Source: Methanothrix sp. (lineage in GTDB: Archaea; Halobacteriota; Methanosarcinia; Methanotrichales; Methanotrichaceae). From it: 64,000 nt of DNA. Made by a program: the position numbers and the translations under genes. Below, piece by piece: positions 41,668 to 52,571 of this stretch. Within the stretch, counting starts at the first letter, position 1; every line of letters begins with the position of its first letter. The stretch is taken from contig OY821645.1 in the NCBI GenBank assembly GCA_963682135.1, forward strand, positions 2,880,001 to 2,944,000, given 5' to 3'. The notes under the pieces were generated by a model. That model saw only the letters and a program-made list of their open reading frames with translations. It was not told the origin of the DNA and did not search any database.

Positions 41668-43818
41668 TTGAGATGGGCGAAGATTAGAAGTAGCGGCGGT
41701 GCCCATCTGTATTTGTATCCACTTGAATTCATCTGGAAAACCAAAAAGGAGGAGAATTCGCCATTGCAGAGCAAAAAAGACCATCTCAATAGGGAAAATG
41801 AAAAGGCACTGATCGTGTACGAGAAGATGCTGGCCTTCGAGATGGACCAGGTGCAGCGCGCCAATATACAAAAAAGGATAGGCGATAATTACCTGGAGAT
41901 TATCAGGCAAAAAAATGATTTTTCAAGTTGCGAGCGCGCCATTGCCGCCTATGAAGAAGCTCTGCTCGTATTTATGCCAGAGATCCATCCACTTCCTCGT
42001 GCCAGAGTCATGAGTGGCCTGGGCTTTGCCTATGCGGCTCTTGCAGACTATGAAAATCGAGCTAAAAACCTCAAGCAGGCTACCCTCTGCTGGGAAGAAT
42101 CCCTGCACTTCTTTTCTCTGACTGCTGCTCCTAATGAACATGCCTCCCTTCAAAATGAGCTGGGAAGTGCCTATCGAAAGCTGGCGGAGCTGGAAAGCCG
42201 ACAGGAAAACGGCAAAAAGGCAGCAGAGGCCTGCAAAGCAGCGCTTCGCGTCTATAACCTGAAAGATAGCCCCCAGCAATTTGCAGCAGCCATGGCCAAC
42301 CTGGGCAGCAGCTATCTGACCCTGGCCCAGTCTGCAAGTGCAGCTGATCATGCAAAAAGCTGCCAGGAAGCCGTTTCAGCTTACCGGGAAGCCATCCAGG
42401 TCTATTCCCTGGAGCGAAGCCCCATGCAGTACGCAGCCATGAAGAACAATCTGGCCATAGCTTATCTCTCTCTCTCCGAGGCCGAAGATAAAGCAGGAAA
42501 CTGCCGTCTGGCTCTTGCTGCTTGCAAGGAGGCGCTGATCTACAGAACCGAGACGGAGCATCCACTGGCCTACGCCGCTACGCAGAACAATCTGGGAAAT
42601 GCATACCTCGCCTTAGCCGAAGAAGATGAAGCAGTGAACGAGGGGTGGAAAGCGAAAAGGAAAGAGGAAGAAGAAGAGGGCAAGCATGGCTGCCTGGAAT
42701 ACTGCCGGCTTGCACAGGCGGCTTACAGCAATGCTCTGCGAATCTATTCTCCAGAAGAGTACCCCAGGCTTTATGCAACGGCTCAAAATAACCTCGCCAA
42801 TGTCCATCTCACCATGAGCCAGAAGGTGGACAAAACCGGCAATTGCATGAAGGCCATCCTGGCGGCTCAAAAGGCTCTGGAGGTTTTTTCCCTGGAAGAC
42901 TCTCCTGAGGATTACGGCGAAGCCAAAGGCAGCCTCTGGCTGGCCTATCTAACCTTGGCTGATATCGAGTATCGGGCTGAGAACTGTGCTCTTGCCCTGC
43001 AGGCCTGTGAGGAGAGGCTGCATTCTTACAGGGTTTGGGCGGCTCATCCGCTACAGATTGCTTCCTGCTGCAAGGATCTGGCCATGACGGCTATAGTCCT
43101 GGCGGATAATGAAATCTCGATCCAGGCCAAAGTGGAAGACTGCAAGAAGGCCATATCTGCCGGCAACGAAGCTCTGCAGATCTATGATGTGTCCAGACAC
43201 GCAGAGGAGTATGCAGAGGCGCAGATCTTGCTTTGGGCGGCTTATTCGGCTCTGGCCGAGGTTCAGGATCGCGAGGAGAACTGCCGGCGGGCAATAGAGG
43301 CCTGCCAGGATGCCATCGTAATCTATGAGAGGACAAGTCCGGCTGAGCACGCCGATGCTCTGAAGAATCTGGGCTACAGCTTCATCACAATGGCTGAGAT
43401 GGAGAACAAAGCGGACAACTGCCAGAGAGCAATCGATGCCTGCGAGCAGGCCATGCAATATTACACACTGGAGACGGCACCTTTGGACCATGCCGATATT
43501 CTCAGGGATCTGGCCTTTGATTATGTGACTTTGTCTGAGATGAGGGATAAAGAGGAGTGCAGCAAGAAGGCGCTCAAGGCTTACGAGAATGCCTTTAAAA
43601 TCTATCGGACCAGGTCGGAGGAGCTGGAGATGGCGGGAGAGTCGGGCGCTTCTGAGATGAGAGAGATGGCGGAAAGATGCCACCTTTCCATGCAGTCCTG
43701 CAAGGCCATCTTGAAGGCAGGGCGAAAGGCCGGAGCGGCGGCAGTGGCAGCTCCGCTACAGAAGAAGAAGTTGAAGAAGAAGGAGAAGGAGAAGACGGAG
43801 GCGAGGAAGGGAGCATGA
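41668..43818 (+). CDS. Tetratricopeptide-repeat protein
   Basis: Repeats of YAxxQNNLGxAY..L and AxxAxxxAL; start uncertain. Confidence 0.88.
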   Translation: MRWAKIRSSGGAHLYLYPLEFIWKTKKEENSPLQSKKDHLNRENEKALIVYEKMLAFEMDQVQRANIQKRIGDNYLEIIRQKNDFSSCERAIAAYEEALLVFMPEIHPLPRARVMSGLGFAYAALADYENRAKNLKQATLCWEESLHFFSLTAAPNEHASLQNELGSAYRKLAELESRQENGKKAAEACKAALRVYNLKDSPQQFAAAMANLGSSYLTLAQSASAADHAKSCQEAVSAYREAIQVYSLERSPMQYAAMKNNLAIAYLSLSEAEDKAGNCRLALAACKEALIYRTETEHPLAYAATQNNLGNAYLALAEEDEAVNEGWKAKRKEEEEEGKHGCLEYCRLAQAAYSNALRIYSPEEYPRLYATAQNNLANVHLTMSQKVDKTGNCMKAILAAQKALEVFSLEDSPEDYGEAKGSLWLAYLTLADIEYRAENCALALQACEERLHSYRVWAAHPLQIASCCKDLAMTAIVLADNEISIQAKVEDCKKAISAGNEALQIYDVSRHAEEYAEAQILLWAAYSALAEVQDREENCRRAIEACQDAIVIYERTSPAEHADALKNLGYSFITMAEMENKADNCQRAIDACEQAMQYYTLETAPLDHADILRDLAFDYVTLSEMRDKEECSKKALKAYENAFKIYRTRSEELEMAGESGASEMREMAERCHLSMQSCKAILKAGRKAGAAAVAAPLQKKKLKKKEKEKTEARKGA

Positions 43819-44360
43819 GCGGCTTGACGGACGAGCAGAAGACGGAGTACTTCCGGCGATCCTACACGGCAGTGGATGGGCTGTGGTTCATGAAGATCGA
43901 GGAGAAGCTGGGATTCGAGGAAGCCTTGCGGCTGGACGAGGCCGTCTGGAAGGTTCTGCCCAAGATTCAGGCCCGCACCCTTAAGGGCATGATGCATCTG
44001 CATGGCGGCCTGCCGGGGCTCTGGCAGGCGCTCTCTGTCCGCCTGACCCTGGAGGGCTTTGAGTTTGAGATAGAGCCGCGGGAGGATGGCTTTGTCGTGA
44101 TCGTCAAGAGGTGCCCCTGGCATGATATGATGATAAAGTCGGGGCGCGGGGAGTTATCGGAGCGGGTAAGCGATCTGATCTGCCGGGTGGAAAACTCAGT
44201 CTGGGCGAGCGAGTTTTCCGGGGAAAATGGCAAACCGGATGAGGGAGAGATTCGATATGACGAAGGCCGGGAGGGCAAGGGCCAAGGCCAGGAGATCGAC
44301 TTTCTGAGGGAGGAGAGGATTTGCCGGGGAGAAGGAAGATGCATGCTGAGATTTACCTGA
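43815..44360 (+). CDS. DUF6125-like / V4R-related protein
   Basis: SYTAVDGLWF..IEEKLG.EEAL.LD..VW, RCPW, C-terminal Cys pair; ATGA overlap with the TPR gene. Confidence 0.75.
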   Translation: MSGLTDEQKTEYFRRSYTAVDGLWFMKIEEKLGFEEALRLDEAVWKVLPKIQARTLKGMMHLHGGLPGLWQALSVRLTLEGFEFEIEPREDGFVVIVKRCPWHDMMIKSGRGELSERVSDLICRVENSVWASEFSGENGKPDEGEIRYDEGREGKGQGQEIDFLREERICRGEGRCMLRFT

Positions 44361-44449
44361 TTTAGGCAAATGAAGATGCGATCATAATACAAAATAAAAT
44401 GCCCGCTTTTGCAGCGGGCTGAGAAATTCGACTCATGCCGAAACAAAGG

Positions 44450-45802
44450 TCATCCTTTAATCGCTTTAACCCTCTTAAATATCTGCTCCATGGTATCCGC
44501 ATTGCTCGCTGTAAAGCTGAAGGGCGATTTTGTGAATGGCTGGAAATAGATGGGAACATCGTCCAAACGGTAGAAGGTTCCATCACACTCCATGGCATCG
44601 ATCACACCCGGCAATACCACATCTGATATCATAGTAGTCGGACATGGAGAAATATCGATACAGGCCACCGGGATCTCGGCTAAATACTCAGCACAGGCAG
44701 CCGGAAAGTGCGAGACCGGATCGGCAGAGACAATTAATGCAGCATCTACATCTCTCTCTCTGAGCAGGTCCACCGATGTGTACTCACCCGGGTTATAGCG
44801 CGGATATCCGCGGGAGAAATCCAGGCCGAAAGGAAAACCGTAGAGATAAGAGGCAACCTGGTTGAAGCCGGCCACATTGCAGTGCCCCCTCAGGGCTCCG
44901 ATTACGAATTTGGTGTGGGCATTCAGCTCTTTAACCAGATTGAATGCCGCCTGAGCATTGCGGTGCTTGCCATAAGATGATGCAATCCCCAGGCCCACAT
45001 AAATGGACCCGAATTTGCACTTCTTCATCAGATCGAGCATCTCTTCCATCTGGGCGATGGAGACGCCGGTTACCTCTTCAACCGAGGCGTGCGGCCTCTT
45101 GCCATGCAGAAGCGTTAAGAGTGCAGATAGAAGCTCATGGTCGGTGTTGGGTCGAAGCTGGATATGCAGATCCGAATTCTCAGCAGTTACGCTCCTTCTC
45201 GGATCAACGGTGATAACGGTGCGATCAAACCTTCCCCGCCGTGTCCAATAGCCCCGCGGATAGACTGCATAGCGGGACATGTGCCTGGGCATGGACTCCA
45301 GGGGATTGGAGCCCCAATAGACAGCCAGGTCGGATCGTGATTTGCTCTGTCCGGCAGTAGCCCCCACGCGCCCCGCTTCCTGAATGCCCATAGCAGTGGG
45401 CCCGTGGCAGACGGTGGCATTGGAATCAACCACCGCACCCAGGAACTCGCCTAAATGAAGCCCCACCTCCATGGCCTCACAGGAGGTCTCGCTTCCCATA
45501 AAGAGCAGAGGGCGCTTGGCTCTTGCCAGAATCTCTGCCGTCCTCTCTATGGCTTCCTCCCATTGAGCAGTCCTGACGGTATCCTTCTCTCGCAAGGTAG
45601 GCAGACGGATTCTGTGGCTGCTTACAATCTCCTGGAACTTGGCATTGCCCATCTTGCAGGCATTCTTAACGGTAATACCCTCGCCGGAAAGCTCCACCTG
45701 AATATCGTCACAGGATCCCCCGCAGACCGGGCAGACAATGTTCTTTGATCTCTCTGATGCCTCAGGTACCTCTGATATCTCTGACGCCATCGTTATCTTC
45801 AC
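44450..45802 (-). CDS. fwdB: Formylmethanofuran dehydrogenase subunit B
   Basis: CPVCGGSCDDI, ATVCHGP (Cys ligand), MPRHMSRY, RGHCNVAG. Confidence 0.95.
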   Translation of the reverse strand: MKITMASEISEVPEASERSKNIVCPVCGGSCDDIQVELSGEGITVKNACKMGNAKFQEIVSSHRIRLPTLREKDTVRTAQWEEAIERTAEILARAKRPLLFMGSETSCEAMEVGLHLGEFLGAVVDSNATVCHGPTAMGIQEAGRVGATAGQSKSRSDLAVYWGSNPLESMPRHMSRYAVYPRGYWTRRGRFDRTVITVDPRRSVTAENSDLHIQLRPNTDHELLSALLTLLHGKRPHASVEEVTGVSIAQMEEMLDLMKKCKFGSIYVGLGIASSYGKHRNAQAAFNLVKELNAHTKFVIGALRGHCNVAGFNQVASYLYGFPFGLDFSRGYPRYNPGEYTSVDLLRERDVDAALIVSADPVSHFPAACAEYLAEIPVACIDISPCPTTMISDVVLPGVIDAMECDGTFYRLDDVPIYFQPFTKSPFSFTASNADTMEQIFKRVKAIKG

Positions 45803-46239
45803 CTGCCCCTTGCATACAGCTTCATTGTCAAGTCTATTGCATCCAATACATCATCCAATGTGGGCTGCACCCTCACGGGAGAGCCTTTGTAGAGTGGCGA
45901 GCCGGTGGAGAATGTTTCCGGGTCCACCACCACATTGGCCCAAATCGCCCTGGGCATGAAGATCTGGCCCGGCTCCACAGAGTCTGCAGCGTAGGCATAA
46001 ACCGCCACGGTGCGCCGGCCATCCATGGTGGATATCAATACCCTTTGCGGAGTGCCCATGGCCTGAAAATCCCGGGGATTCATCTCGCAAACGGCGCATT
46101 CCTGGGTGTACTCCTCGGTGAGCTTGCTTCCCCCTTTGGCCAGCCTGCCCTCCTCAATGGTGCTTCCCGTATTAAGCAGAAATTCTATCATACTGTCTGC
46201 CACTCCTGAAAAATCAGCGAAATTGAGCATTGCCTGCAT
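45799..46239 (-). CDS. fwdD: Formylmethanofuran dehydrogenase subunit D
   Basis: LNTGSTIEEG, FMPRAIWAN, TGSPLYKG; start may be internal (MIEF). Confidence 0.92.
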   Translation of the reverse strand: MQAMLNFADFSGVADSMIEFLLNTGSTIEEGRLAKGGSKLTEEYTQECAVCEMNPRDFQAMGTPQRVLISTMDGRRTVAVYAYAADSVEPGQIFMPRAIWANVVVDPETFSTGSPLYKGSPVRVQPTLDDVLDAIDLTMKLYARGR

Positions 46240-46242
46240 CCT

Positions 46243-47052
46243 CTAGCCCTCCTTGCAATAAAGAGAGCCTTTGGGATTCTTGCCCAGAGAATAGTCGCCG
46301 GTGAACCTGGCATACCATCCATCAATCCGGATGTCTCCCAGCACCACATTCTCTTCCCGGCCAATCTCTACAAAACCAGGGGATGGCTGCTTGATAGCAC
46401 CGCATACGGCAATAGTGCCTCCATTCATCTCCGCACCCACGCCGCGCACAGCCGAGCCCTTCACCAGGATGAGACCCCCGTTCTGCCGAATGCCGCAAAA
46501 GTTCTCCACATTGCCGGCTACTATTATCCGCCCGCCTACCAATCCTCCGCCCAGCTGGCTCCTGGCGTTGCCGTCTATCAAAATCTCGCCGCCGGTCATT
46601 CCCCGCCAGCTCCCCCGGTAGCTAGAGCCTATATGATCCGCTCCATTTCCCTGAATGTGAATCTGTCCGCCTTTCATCTCCATGCCCGTCCAGGACCCGG
46701 CATCGCCCTGCACCAGGATACTGCCTCCCGTCATCTCACAGCCCAAGTGCATGCCAGCTGAACCGTGGATTTCTATCCTGCCTGCCTTCATGCCCTGGCC
46801 GATGCGCTTGACCCGGGAGACATCCCCTTCGATGATGATGCTGGTCTCTTCGGGCTTTGCCTCCTCAGGAAGCCTCGCTTGGCTCACATCCACCTCGAAG
46901 AATTCGGCTAAAGGAAGCTGCATAGCTCCCTGCCAGACAATCAGCCCCTCAATCTCTTCCTTCTTTTTTTCTGCAAAAATATCGGGCCTGATAACCTCTG
47001 CCTCGACCGTGATTCCTATGCAGCCCTTGGATCTTAGAAGAATTTCTGCCAT
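46243..47052 (-). CDS. fwdC: Formylmethanofuran dehydrogenase subunit C
   Basis: GxxMxGGxIxxxG beta-helix repeats, GSSYRGSWRGMTGG. Confidence 0.95.
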   Translation of the reverse strand: MAEILLRSKGCIGITVEAEVIRPDIFAEKKKEEIEGLIVWQGAMQLPLAEFFEVDVSQARLPEEAKPEETSIIIEGDVSRVKRIGQGMKAGRIEIHGSAGMHLGCEMTGGSILVQGDAGSWTGMEMKGGQIHIQGNGADHIGSSYRGSWRGMTGGEILIDGNARSQLGGGLVGGRIIVAGNVENFCGIRQNGGLILVKGSAVRGVGAEMNGGTIAVCGAIKQPSPGFVEIGREENVVLGDIRIDGWYARFTGDYSLGKNPKGSLYCKEG

Positions 47053-47056
47053 ACCT

Positions 47057-48844
47057 TTACCTCCTCACTAGGGCCATAGCCTCTTGGGGCTTGTTGACCG
47101 GGATGGCAACAGGATTTTTCAGATACTTATCCGGCACAGGATAGTTGGCATAGCCTACTGTGTAGTACTTGAACCAGTCCTTGAGATCGCAGTGCATCTC
47201 CTTTTCCAGGGTTTCGTCAACATAAGGCCGGCAGTAGTACCTCCTGCCATCCGGCACAGCCACGATCTCACCCTGCCTGGCCACTATTTGGCCGTCCTTG
47301 ATAGTGTAATCGGGCCGGGCCAGCTTGGCTGTCAATGCTGCCGTCTCGCTTAAGTTCAGCTTCTCGGGATTGATGTCGTAGACGGTAACATCTCCGTCTG
47401 CACCCACCCCCAGGTGGCCTTTCCGGTAGGCCATGCCGATGGTGCGGGCAGGGTTGGCGCGGGTGACTACGGCTATCTCGTAAAGGCTCATCTCCCGGTC
47501 CACCCCGCCAAGACTTGATTTGTCGTAAGCCCATTTGTGACATTCTTTGGCTGTGTCGTCCCTGGCTTTTTTGGACATGAGCCAGGTGATCAGTTGCGGA
47601 TAGGAGGTGAAGATGCCGCCGTTGGGATGATCGGTGGTCATAATGGTCTTCCAGGGATCGTCAATAAGCAGCATAACCTCAAGGCCAATAGCCCACTGCA
47701 CGCTGTGCACCGGACTGCTCTTCAAATAAACCAGCGAGAGCACCCCTGAGCCGCATTCCATTTCAACATCGCAGTTGGACCATTTCTGGCCGGTGAGCAT
47801 GTAGAGATCATGCTGGGCCGGGCCGTCGCCGGTCATTGTTGTGGCCGGGCCGAAGGGAACACTTCCGCTGTCGATCACTACACCATCGACCTGGTTTATG
47901 TATTTGGCCAGCTGTGGTGCGCCGGAGCAAAAGTCTCTCCATGATGTGCCGCCGTAGGCGCTGAACTGGGCGTGGGCCAGGTAGACGGTCTGCCTTCTTC
48001 TGGCGCTCTCTTTTGTCTCTGCCCACTCCAGCTCCGATCTGTTCTTGGGGTCCAGTCCGGAGGTGATCATCAGCGAGTCCCTGGCAATCTCCCAGTTGCC
48101 GGGGTGGCCCAGGTTATTGGCATGCAGATGCAAAGACATAGGCAGGCCCAGCATCTCATTGACCTCAGCCAGTCCCCGGATGAGCTCTCTGGGCGTCACC
48201 TCAAAATGAATATTGGGCTCGTCCAGGCCGTGCACATTTTTGGCCCAGCCCCAGTTCTCGACGCCCGCAGGATTAACGCATTTGATGCCGTAGGCCTTGT
48301 GGGTCCTCATCATCCAGGCCACATAAGCGGCTGCCTTCTCCAGATCTCCTTCCTTGAGATAGCGCATGATAAACCAGTTGTTGCCCAAAACCATGTAGGC
48401 ACCCATATCCAGAATGGGAGTGGAGCGCATCTCCTCGTGGGTGTGGCGGGCCTCCAGAGGTGGCATGGCTGCTTCAAAGACTGTGGTGTAGCCCATAGCA
48501 GCGTAATCGTAACCCTGCTTGTAAACGGATGGAACGGTGTAGCCGCTGCCGCAGTGGGTTATCTGGGTCTTTCCCCTCGTTGATTTATAGTGATCCTCGG
48601 GGCGCATGAGACGGCCGGCATTGACCTTGGCTCCGGCTACATGCGAATGGGAGTCCACGCCACCGGGCATGACCGTCTTTCCCGTGGCGTCTATGATGGT
48701 GGCATCTCTCTCTTGTGCGCTGCTGAGGCTGGAGACCACCTTTCCGTCCTTTACGAAAATATCAGTGACATCGCCGTTTATTCCATTAAGTGGATCGAAT
48801 AAGTAGCCGTTTCTGATGATCGTAATATTAGTAATAGCCGCCAT
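47057..48844 (-). CDS. fwdA: Formylmethanofuran dehydrogenase subunit A
   Basis: GGVDSHSH, GRLMRPEDH, ARHTHEE, TTDHPNGG. Confidence 0.96.
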   Translation of the reverse strand: MAAITNITIIRNGYLFDPLNGINGDVTDIFVKDGKVVSSLSSAQERDATIIDATGKTVMPGGVDSHSHVAGAKVNAGRLMRPEDHYKSTRGKTQITHCGSGYTVPSVYKQGYDYAAMGYTTVFEAAMPPLEARHTHEEMRSTPILDMGAYMVLGNNWFIMRYLKEGDLEKAAAYVAWMMRTHKAYGIKCVNPAGVENWGWAKNVHGLDEPNIHFEVTPRELIRGLAEVNEMLGLPMSLHLHANNLGHPGNWEIARDSLMITSGLDPKNRSELEWAETKESARRRQTVYLAHAQFSAYGGTSWRDFCSGAPQLAKYINQVDGVVIDSGSVPFGPATTMTGDGPAQHDLYMLTGQKWSNCDVEMECGSGVLSLVYLKSSPVHSVQWAIGLEVMLLIDDPWKTIMTTDHPNGGIFTSYPQLITWLMSKKARDDTAKECHKWAYDKSSLGGVDREMSLYEIAVVTRANPARTIGMAYRKGHLGVGADGDVTVYDINPEKLNLSETAALTAKLARPDYTIKDGQIVARQGEIVAVPDGRRYYCRPYVDETLEKEMHCDLKDWFKYYTVGYANYPVPDKYLKNPVAIPVNKPQEAMALVRR

Positions 48845-48845
48845 T

Positions 48846-49928
48846 TTAAGCCACCTCCTTTCTCTCTAACCATATTGCCTGGACCGGGCAGATCATGCTG
48901 CAAGTGGCGCAGCTGCCGCAGACCTCCTGATCTACCACCCGGACAGTGCCGTTCAGGACTTCCAGCAGCGGTTTTTCGTCCAGCTCATTGAGGTGGCCGG
49001 CGGCCAGATAGGGATCAAAGAGGGCATTGACCGGACAGACGATGACGCAGTTCCCGCAGCCAAGACAGGCATCCACGTCTGTCTTGAGAATTGAGCTTAA
49101 AGTGGGTCTTTTCGCAGGGGCACTCAATTTCTTCTCCAGAGCCTTCTTTCCCTTCATATCCGGGACTATGGCACTCTTGGAAACGGTGATGGCTCTAACC
49201 GGGCAGGCCTCCTGGCATGCTCCGCAGTAGATGCAAGCATCCTTTCTGTGGGTCACCTTCTCCACCATCTCTGCGGCTTTCCCTTCTTTATTGAAGAGAG
49301 CATTTGCAGGACAGGTGTGAACACAGGTTCGGCAAGCCTGGCAGACGTTATCGTCCCGGAAGAACTGGCCGGCAAATGGCTTTTGGTATGTTATGGCTCC
49401 GACCGGGCAGACCTGAGCGCACCAGCCGCAGTGCACGCAACGGTTCAGGTCGATGATGGTCTTTCCTTCCATCCTCAGGCTGCCGTCTTCCGCCAGTTGG
49501 CGATCCGACACTTCTATGCAGGACTGCGGGCAGACATCAACGCACAGGCCGCAGTGCACGCATTTATCGTTTACAGCCGTAGGCTCCAATGCCGCGCTGA
49601 GATAGGACTCATCCTTTTCGGCCTTGCCTGATGTGCGTAGTTCCAGAGCCCCGGTGGGGCAGACGCGAGCGCACAGAGCGCATAAGACACAGGCCCCGCT
49701 CCTTTTCTTCTCGATGAAATCTTTATCAATCAGACCGCGGGCCACAGCACCCACCGAGCCGATGACCAGTTCCCCCTTGGGGCAGATCTGGACGCAGGTT
49801 CCACAGCCGATGCACTTTTCCGGCAGATAGACATGCTGCCTATCATCTCGGGATTCCAGCAATACCTCTCTCATCCGATACCCTGCCTCGATTAGTATGG
49901 GTGGAGAAGACATAAAGAGGTTTTGCAT
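48846..49928 (-). CDS. fwdF: Polyferredoxin subunit F
   Basis: Eight CxxCxxCxxxCP motifs; first gene of the fwd operon; start may be about 49874. Confidence 0.9.
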   Translation of the reverse strand: MQNLFMSSPPILIEAGYRMREVLLESRDDRQHVYLPEKCIGCGTCVQICPKGELVIGSVGAVARGLIDKDFIEKKRSGACVLCALCARVCPTGALELRTSGKAEKDESYLSAALEPTAVNDKCVHCGLCVDVCPQSCIEVSDRQLAEDGSLRMEGKTIIDLNRCVHCGWCAQVCPVGAITYQKPFAGQFFRDDNVCQACRTCVHTCPANALFNKEGKAAEMVEKVTHRKDACIYCGACQEACPVRAITVSKSAIVPDMKGKKALEKKLSAPAKRPTLSSILKTDVDACLGCGNCVIVCPVNALFDPYLAAGHLNELDEKPLLEVLNGTVRVVDQEVCGSCATCSMICPVQAIWLERKEVA

Positions 49929-50040
49929 GGATGCTCATGAAATAATGCATAGTTAGCATTTATGTTTATATCATAACTTAGATGATCGAGGAAGAAGAGC
50001 TGATAGAACCTATTTAAGCCAGCAGATATTATCCATTCTC

Positions 50041-50910
50041 ATGTTCTTACTTGGGGAATACTATGAGGATGAGGCCAGGGATATCGTCGATCGGCTTAAA
50101 AAAGTGGGAATGAAGGTGGATATCAGAACCTTCACAGCCGGCGAAATGGAAATCTCCCATCATCTGGAAGGCCGCATGAGTGTGCTCAAAGGGAAACTAA
50201 AGGAAGCTGATTATGCAAGGAACGAGCGATACCTAGATGCCCTGCGAAAGGTTCTGGCGGCGGGAGCCGGACCCGAAGATTTCGGCGAAAAATTTACTCT
50301 GGAGCTTGACCCGCAGATAAACGAGAAGAGAGCCCAGTTCGCTGAGATTTTGAAAGCTGATCTGCCTGAGGAAGAGAGAGAAGCGAAAATGAAGGCCTTT
50401 GCAGGTATAAAGGCTGATCTGCTGGATGTGTACCATGCCGAGGCCTTCATCGACACAGTTCTGGACCGAAATGATATCGGGATCGGAGAATATGTAGGCA
50501 GCAAACTGGACGATCCTATTCTGCGCGTCATTGATGAGAGGGAGGATCTGGAGGAAGAAAGTGATCTGGCCAGGACGACCACGGTCTTCACGGTTGAGCC
50601 GAGGGCCCAGGTCTTTATCGATGAATTTTATGCGGTTCTGGCGGAAGAGCTGGACGAGGAGTTTGAAGATGAATATGAACGGGAGTATCTGTCTCTTGTC
50701 TTTTTAGGAAAACTGATCTCCGACATTAAAGAGCCGTCACAGGGAAAGGTGGATATGGAAGCTTTCCGGGAGAGATGCCGATTTGATATGGAAAAGAAAG
50801 GAGATCTGCTGGAGATAGATGGCAGCGGCGCAGCTCTAGAGCTGGCCAGGTCGCTCGAGAAAAACGGGATAATAAAGGTCAAGGGCGATAGCGTCAAGTG
50901 GAAACGGTAA
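50041..50910 (+). CDS. Acidic hypothetical protein
   Basis: 289-aa ORF with TATA-like TATTTAAG about 25 nt upstream (leaderless). Confidence 0.75.
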   Translation: MFLLGEYYEDEARDIVDRLKKVGMKVDIRTFTAGEMEISHHLEGRMSVLKGKLKEADYARNERYLDALRKVLAAGAGPEDFGEKFTLELDPQINEKRAQFAEILKADLPEEEREAKMKAFAGIKADLLDVYHAEAFIDTVLDRNDIGIGEYVGSKLDDPILRVIDEREDLEEESDLARTTTVFTVEPRAQVFIDEFYAVLAEELDEEFEDEYEREYLSLVFLGKLISDIKEPSQGKVDMEAFRERCRFDMEKKGDLLEIDGSGAALELARSLEKNGIIKVKGDSVKWKR

Positions 50911-51002
50911 GGAGAGATATGGCAACTCATCTGATCGGCTCGATTCAAAAACTATTTCGTGGAAAATGCTAATTAGCCAGAGACGGATAAAGGAGGTGTA
51001 TC

Positions 51003-52571
51003 ATGGCTAGAGGAAAAGGCAATAATTCGGCGAACAGCAAAGGTGCGGATTTAGGTTTTGAAGCCATTCTATGGGCGGCTGCCGATAGGCTGCGAAACAA
51101 TATGGATGCAGCGGAGTACAAGCACGTCGTTCTTGGGCTTATTTTCCTCAAGTACATCTCCGATGCCTTCCAAGAAAGGCATGATCAATTGATCAACGAA
51201 AAAGAGCAGGGAGCCGATCCAGAGGACCCGGATGAGTATCTTTCAGAAAACGTCTTCTGGGTGCCCAAGGAAGCCCGTTGGTCCTTTTTGAAAGCCAATG
51301 CCCGGCAGCCAAAGATAGGAAAAGCAGTAGATGATGCCATGATTGCCATCGAGAGAGATAACAAATCACTCAGAGGTGTCCTGCCCAAGGACTATGCCCG
51401 TCCTGCTCTGGATACTCATAGCATTGGTGATCTGATCGATCTCATCAGCGGGATTGAGATGATAGACAAGAAGGACCGATCAAAAGATGTTCTGGGCGAT
51501 GTCTATCAGTATTTTCTATCTCAGTTTGCATCTTCCGAAGGAAGAAAGGGTGGGCAGTTTTATACACCGCAATGCGTGGTTCAAATTTTGGTTGAGATGC
51601 TAGCGCCCTACAAAGGCCGTGTCTTTGATCCCTGCTGCGGCTCTGGGGGCATGTTTGTTCAGAGCAAAAAGTTCGTGAAGGCGCATGAAGGACGCAGGGA
51701 TGACATCAGCGTTTATGGGCAAGAGTCCAATCCCACGACCTGGAAGCTAGCCAAGATGAACCTGGCCATCCGGGGCATCGACGGAAATTTAGGCCCGGAG
51801 CACGCCGACAGCTTTCACAGGGATCTGCACAAAGATTTAAAGGCGGACTACATCCTGGCCAATCCGCCTTTCAACAGCAGTGACTGGGGTGGGGAACGCC
51901 TGCGCGAGGACGTGCGCTGGAAGTATGGCATCCCGCCGGCGGGCAATGCCAACTTCGCCTGGGTGCAGCATTTCATTTACCATTTAGCCCCTTCGGGCAT
52001 CGCGGGTTTCGTCCTGGCCAATGGCTCCATGTCCTCCAATCAGTCCGGCGAGGGCGAGATCCGCCGGGCCATCATTGAGGCTGATCTGGTAGACTGCATG
52101 GTGGCTCTGCCAGGCCAGCTATTCTACTCCACGCAGATTCCGGCCTGCCTGTGGTTCATAGCACGTGATAGGAAGAATGGAAGATTCAGGGACCGGCGGG
52201 GCCAGACGCTCTTTATCGACGCCCGGAAGATGGGAGTTTTGACCGATCGGGTGCATCGGGACCTGACACCGGAGGAGATCACAAGGATTGCCAGCGTCTA
52301 TCACGCCTGGCGGGGCGATGCAGGTGCTGGTCAGTACGAGGACGTGCCGGGATTTTGCAGGAGCGCAACGCTTGAGGAGATCAGGAAGAACGGCGGCTAC
52401 GTGCTCACGCCCGGTCGCTACGTTGGTGCAGAGGAAGTGGAGGCGGACGGCGAGCTGTTTGAAGAGAAGATGCAGCGACTGACTGCAAAGCTCGGCGAGC
52501 AGTTTCAGGAATCGGCGCGGCTGGAGACAGAGATTCGTGCTAATCTGAAGGGGCTGGGATATGATGTCTGA
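51003..52571 (+). CDS. hsdM: Type I R-M methyltransferase (m6A)
   Basis: [28 protein letters not shown]. Confidence 0.96.
   Translation: MARGKGNNSANSKGADLGFEAILWAAADRLRNNMDAAEYKHVVLGLIFLKYISDAFQERHDQLINEKEQGADPEDPDEYLSENVFWVPKEARWSFLKANARQPKIGKAVDDAMIAIERDNKSLRGVLPKDYARPALDTHSIGDLIDLISGIEMIDKKDRSKDVLGDVYQYFLSQFASSEGRKGGQFYTPQCVVQILVEMLAPYKGRVFDPCCGSGGMFVQSKKFVKAHEGRRDDISVYGQESNPTTWKLAKMNLAIRGIDGNLGPEHADSFHRDLHKDLKADYILANPPFNSSDWGGERLREDVRWKYGIPPAGNANFAWVQHFIYHLAPSGIAGFVLANGSMSSNQSGEGEIRRAIIEADLVDCMVALPGQLFYSTQIPACLWFIARDRKNGRFRDRRGQTLFIDARKMGVLTDRVHRDLTPEEITRIASVYHAWRGDAGAGQYEDVPGFCRSATLEEIRKNGGYVLTPGRYVGAEEVEADGELFEEKMQRLTAKLGEQFQESARLETEIRANLKGLGYDV

Noticed and set aside
43677-43814. Acidic N-terminal extension of the DUF6125-like ORF
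   Set aside because: Out-of-frame reading of the TPR gene's Lys-rich tail; the true start is ATG 43815
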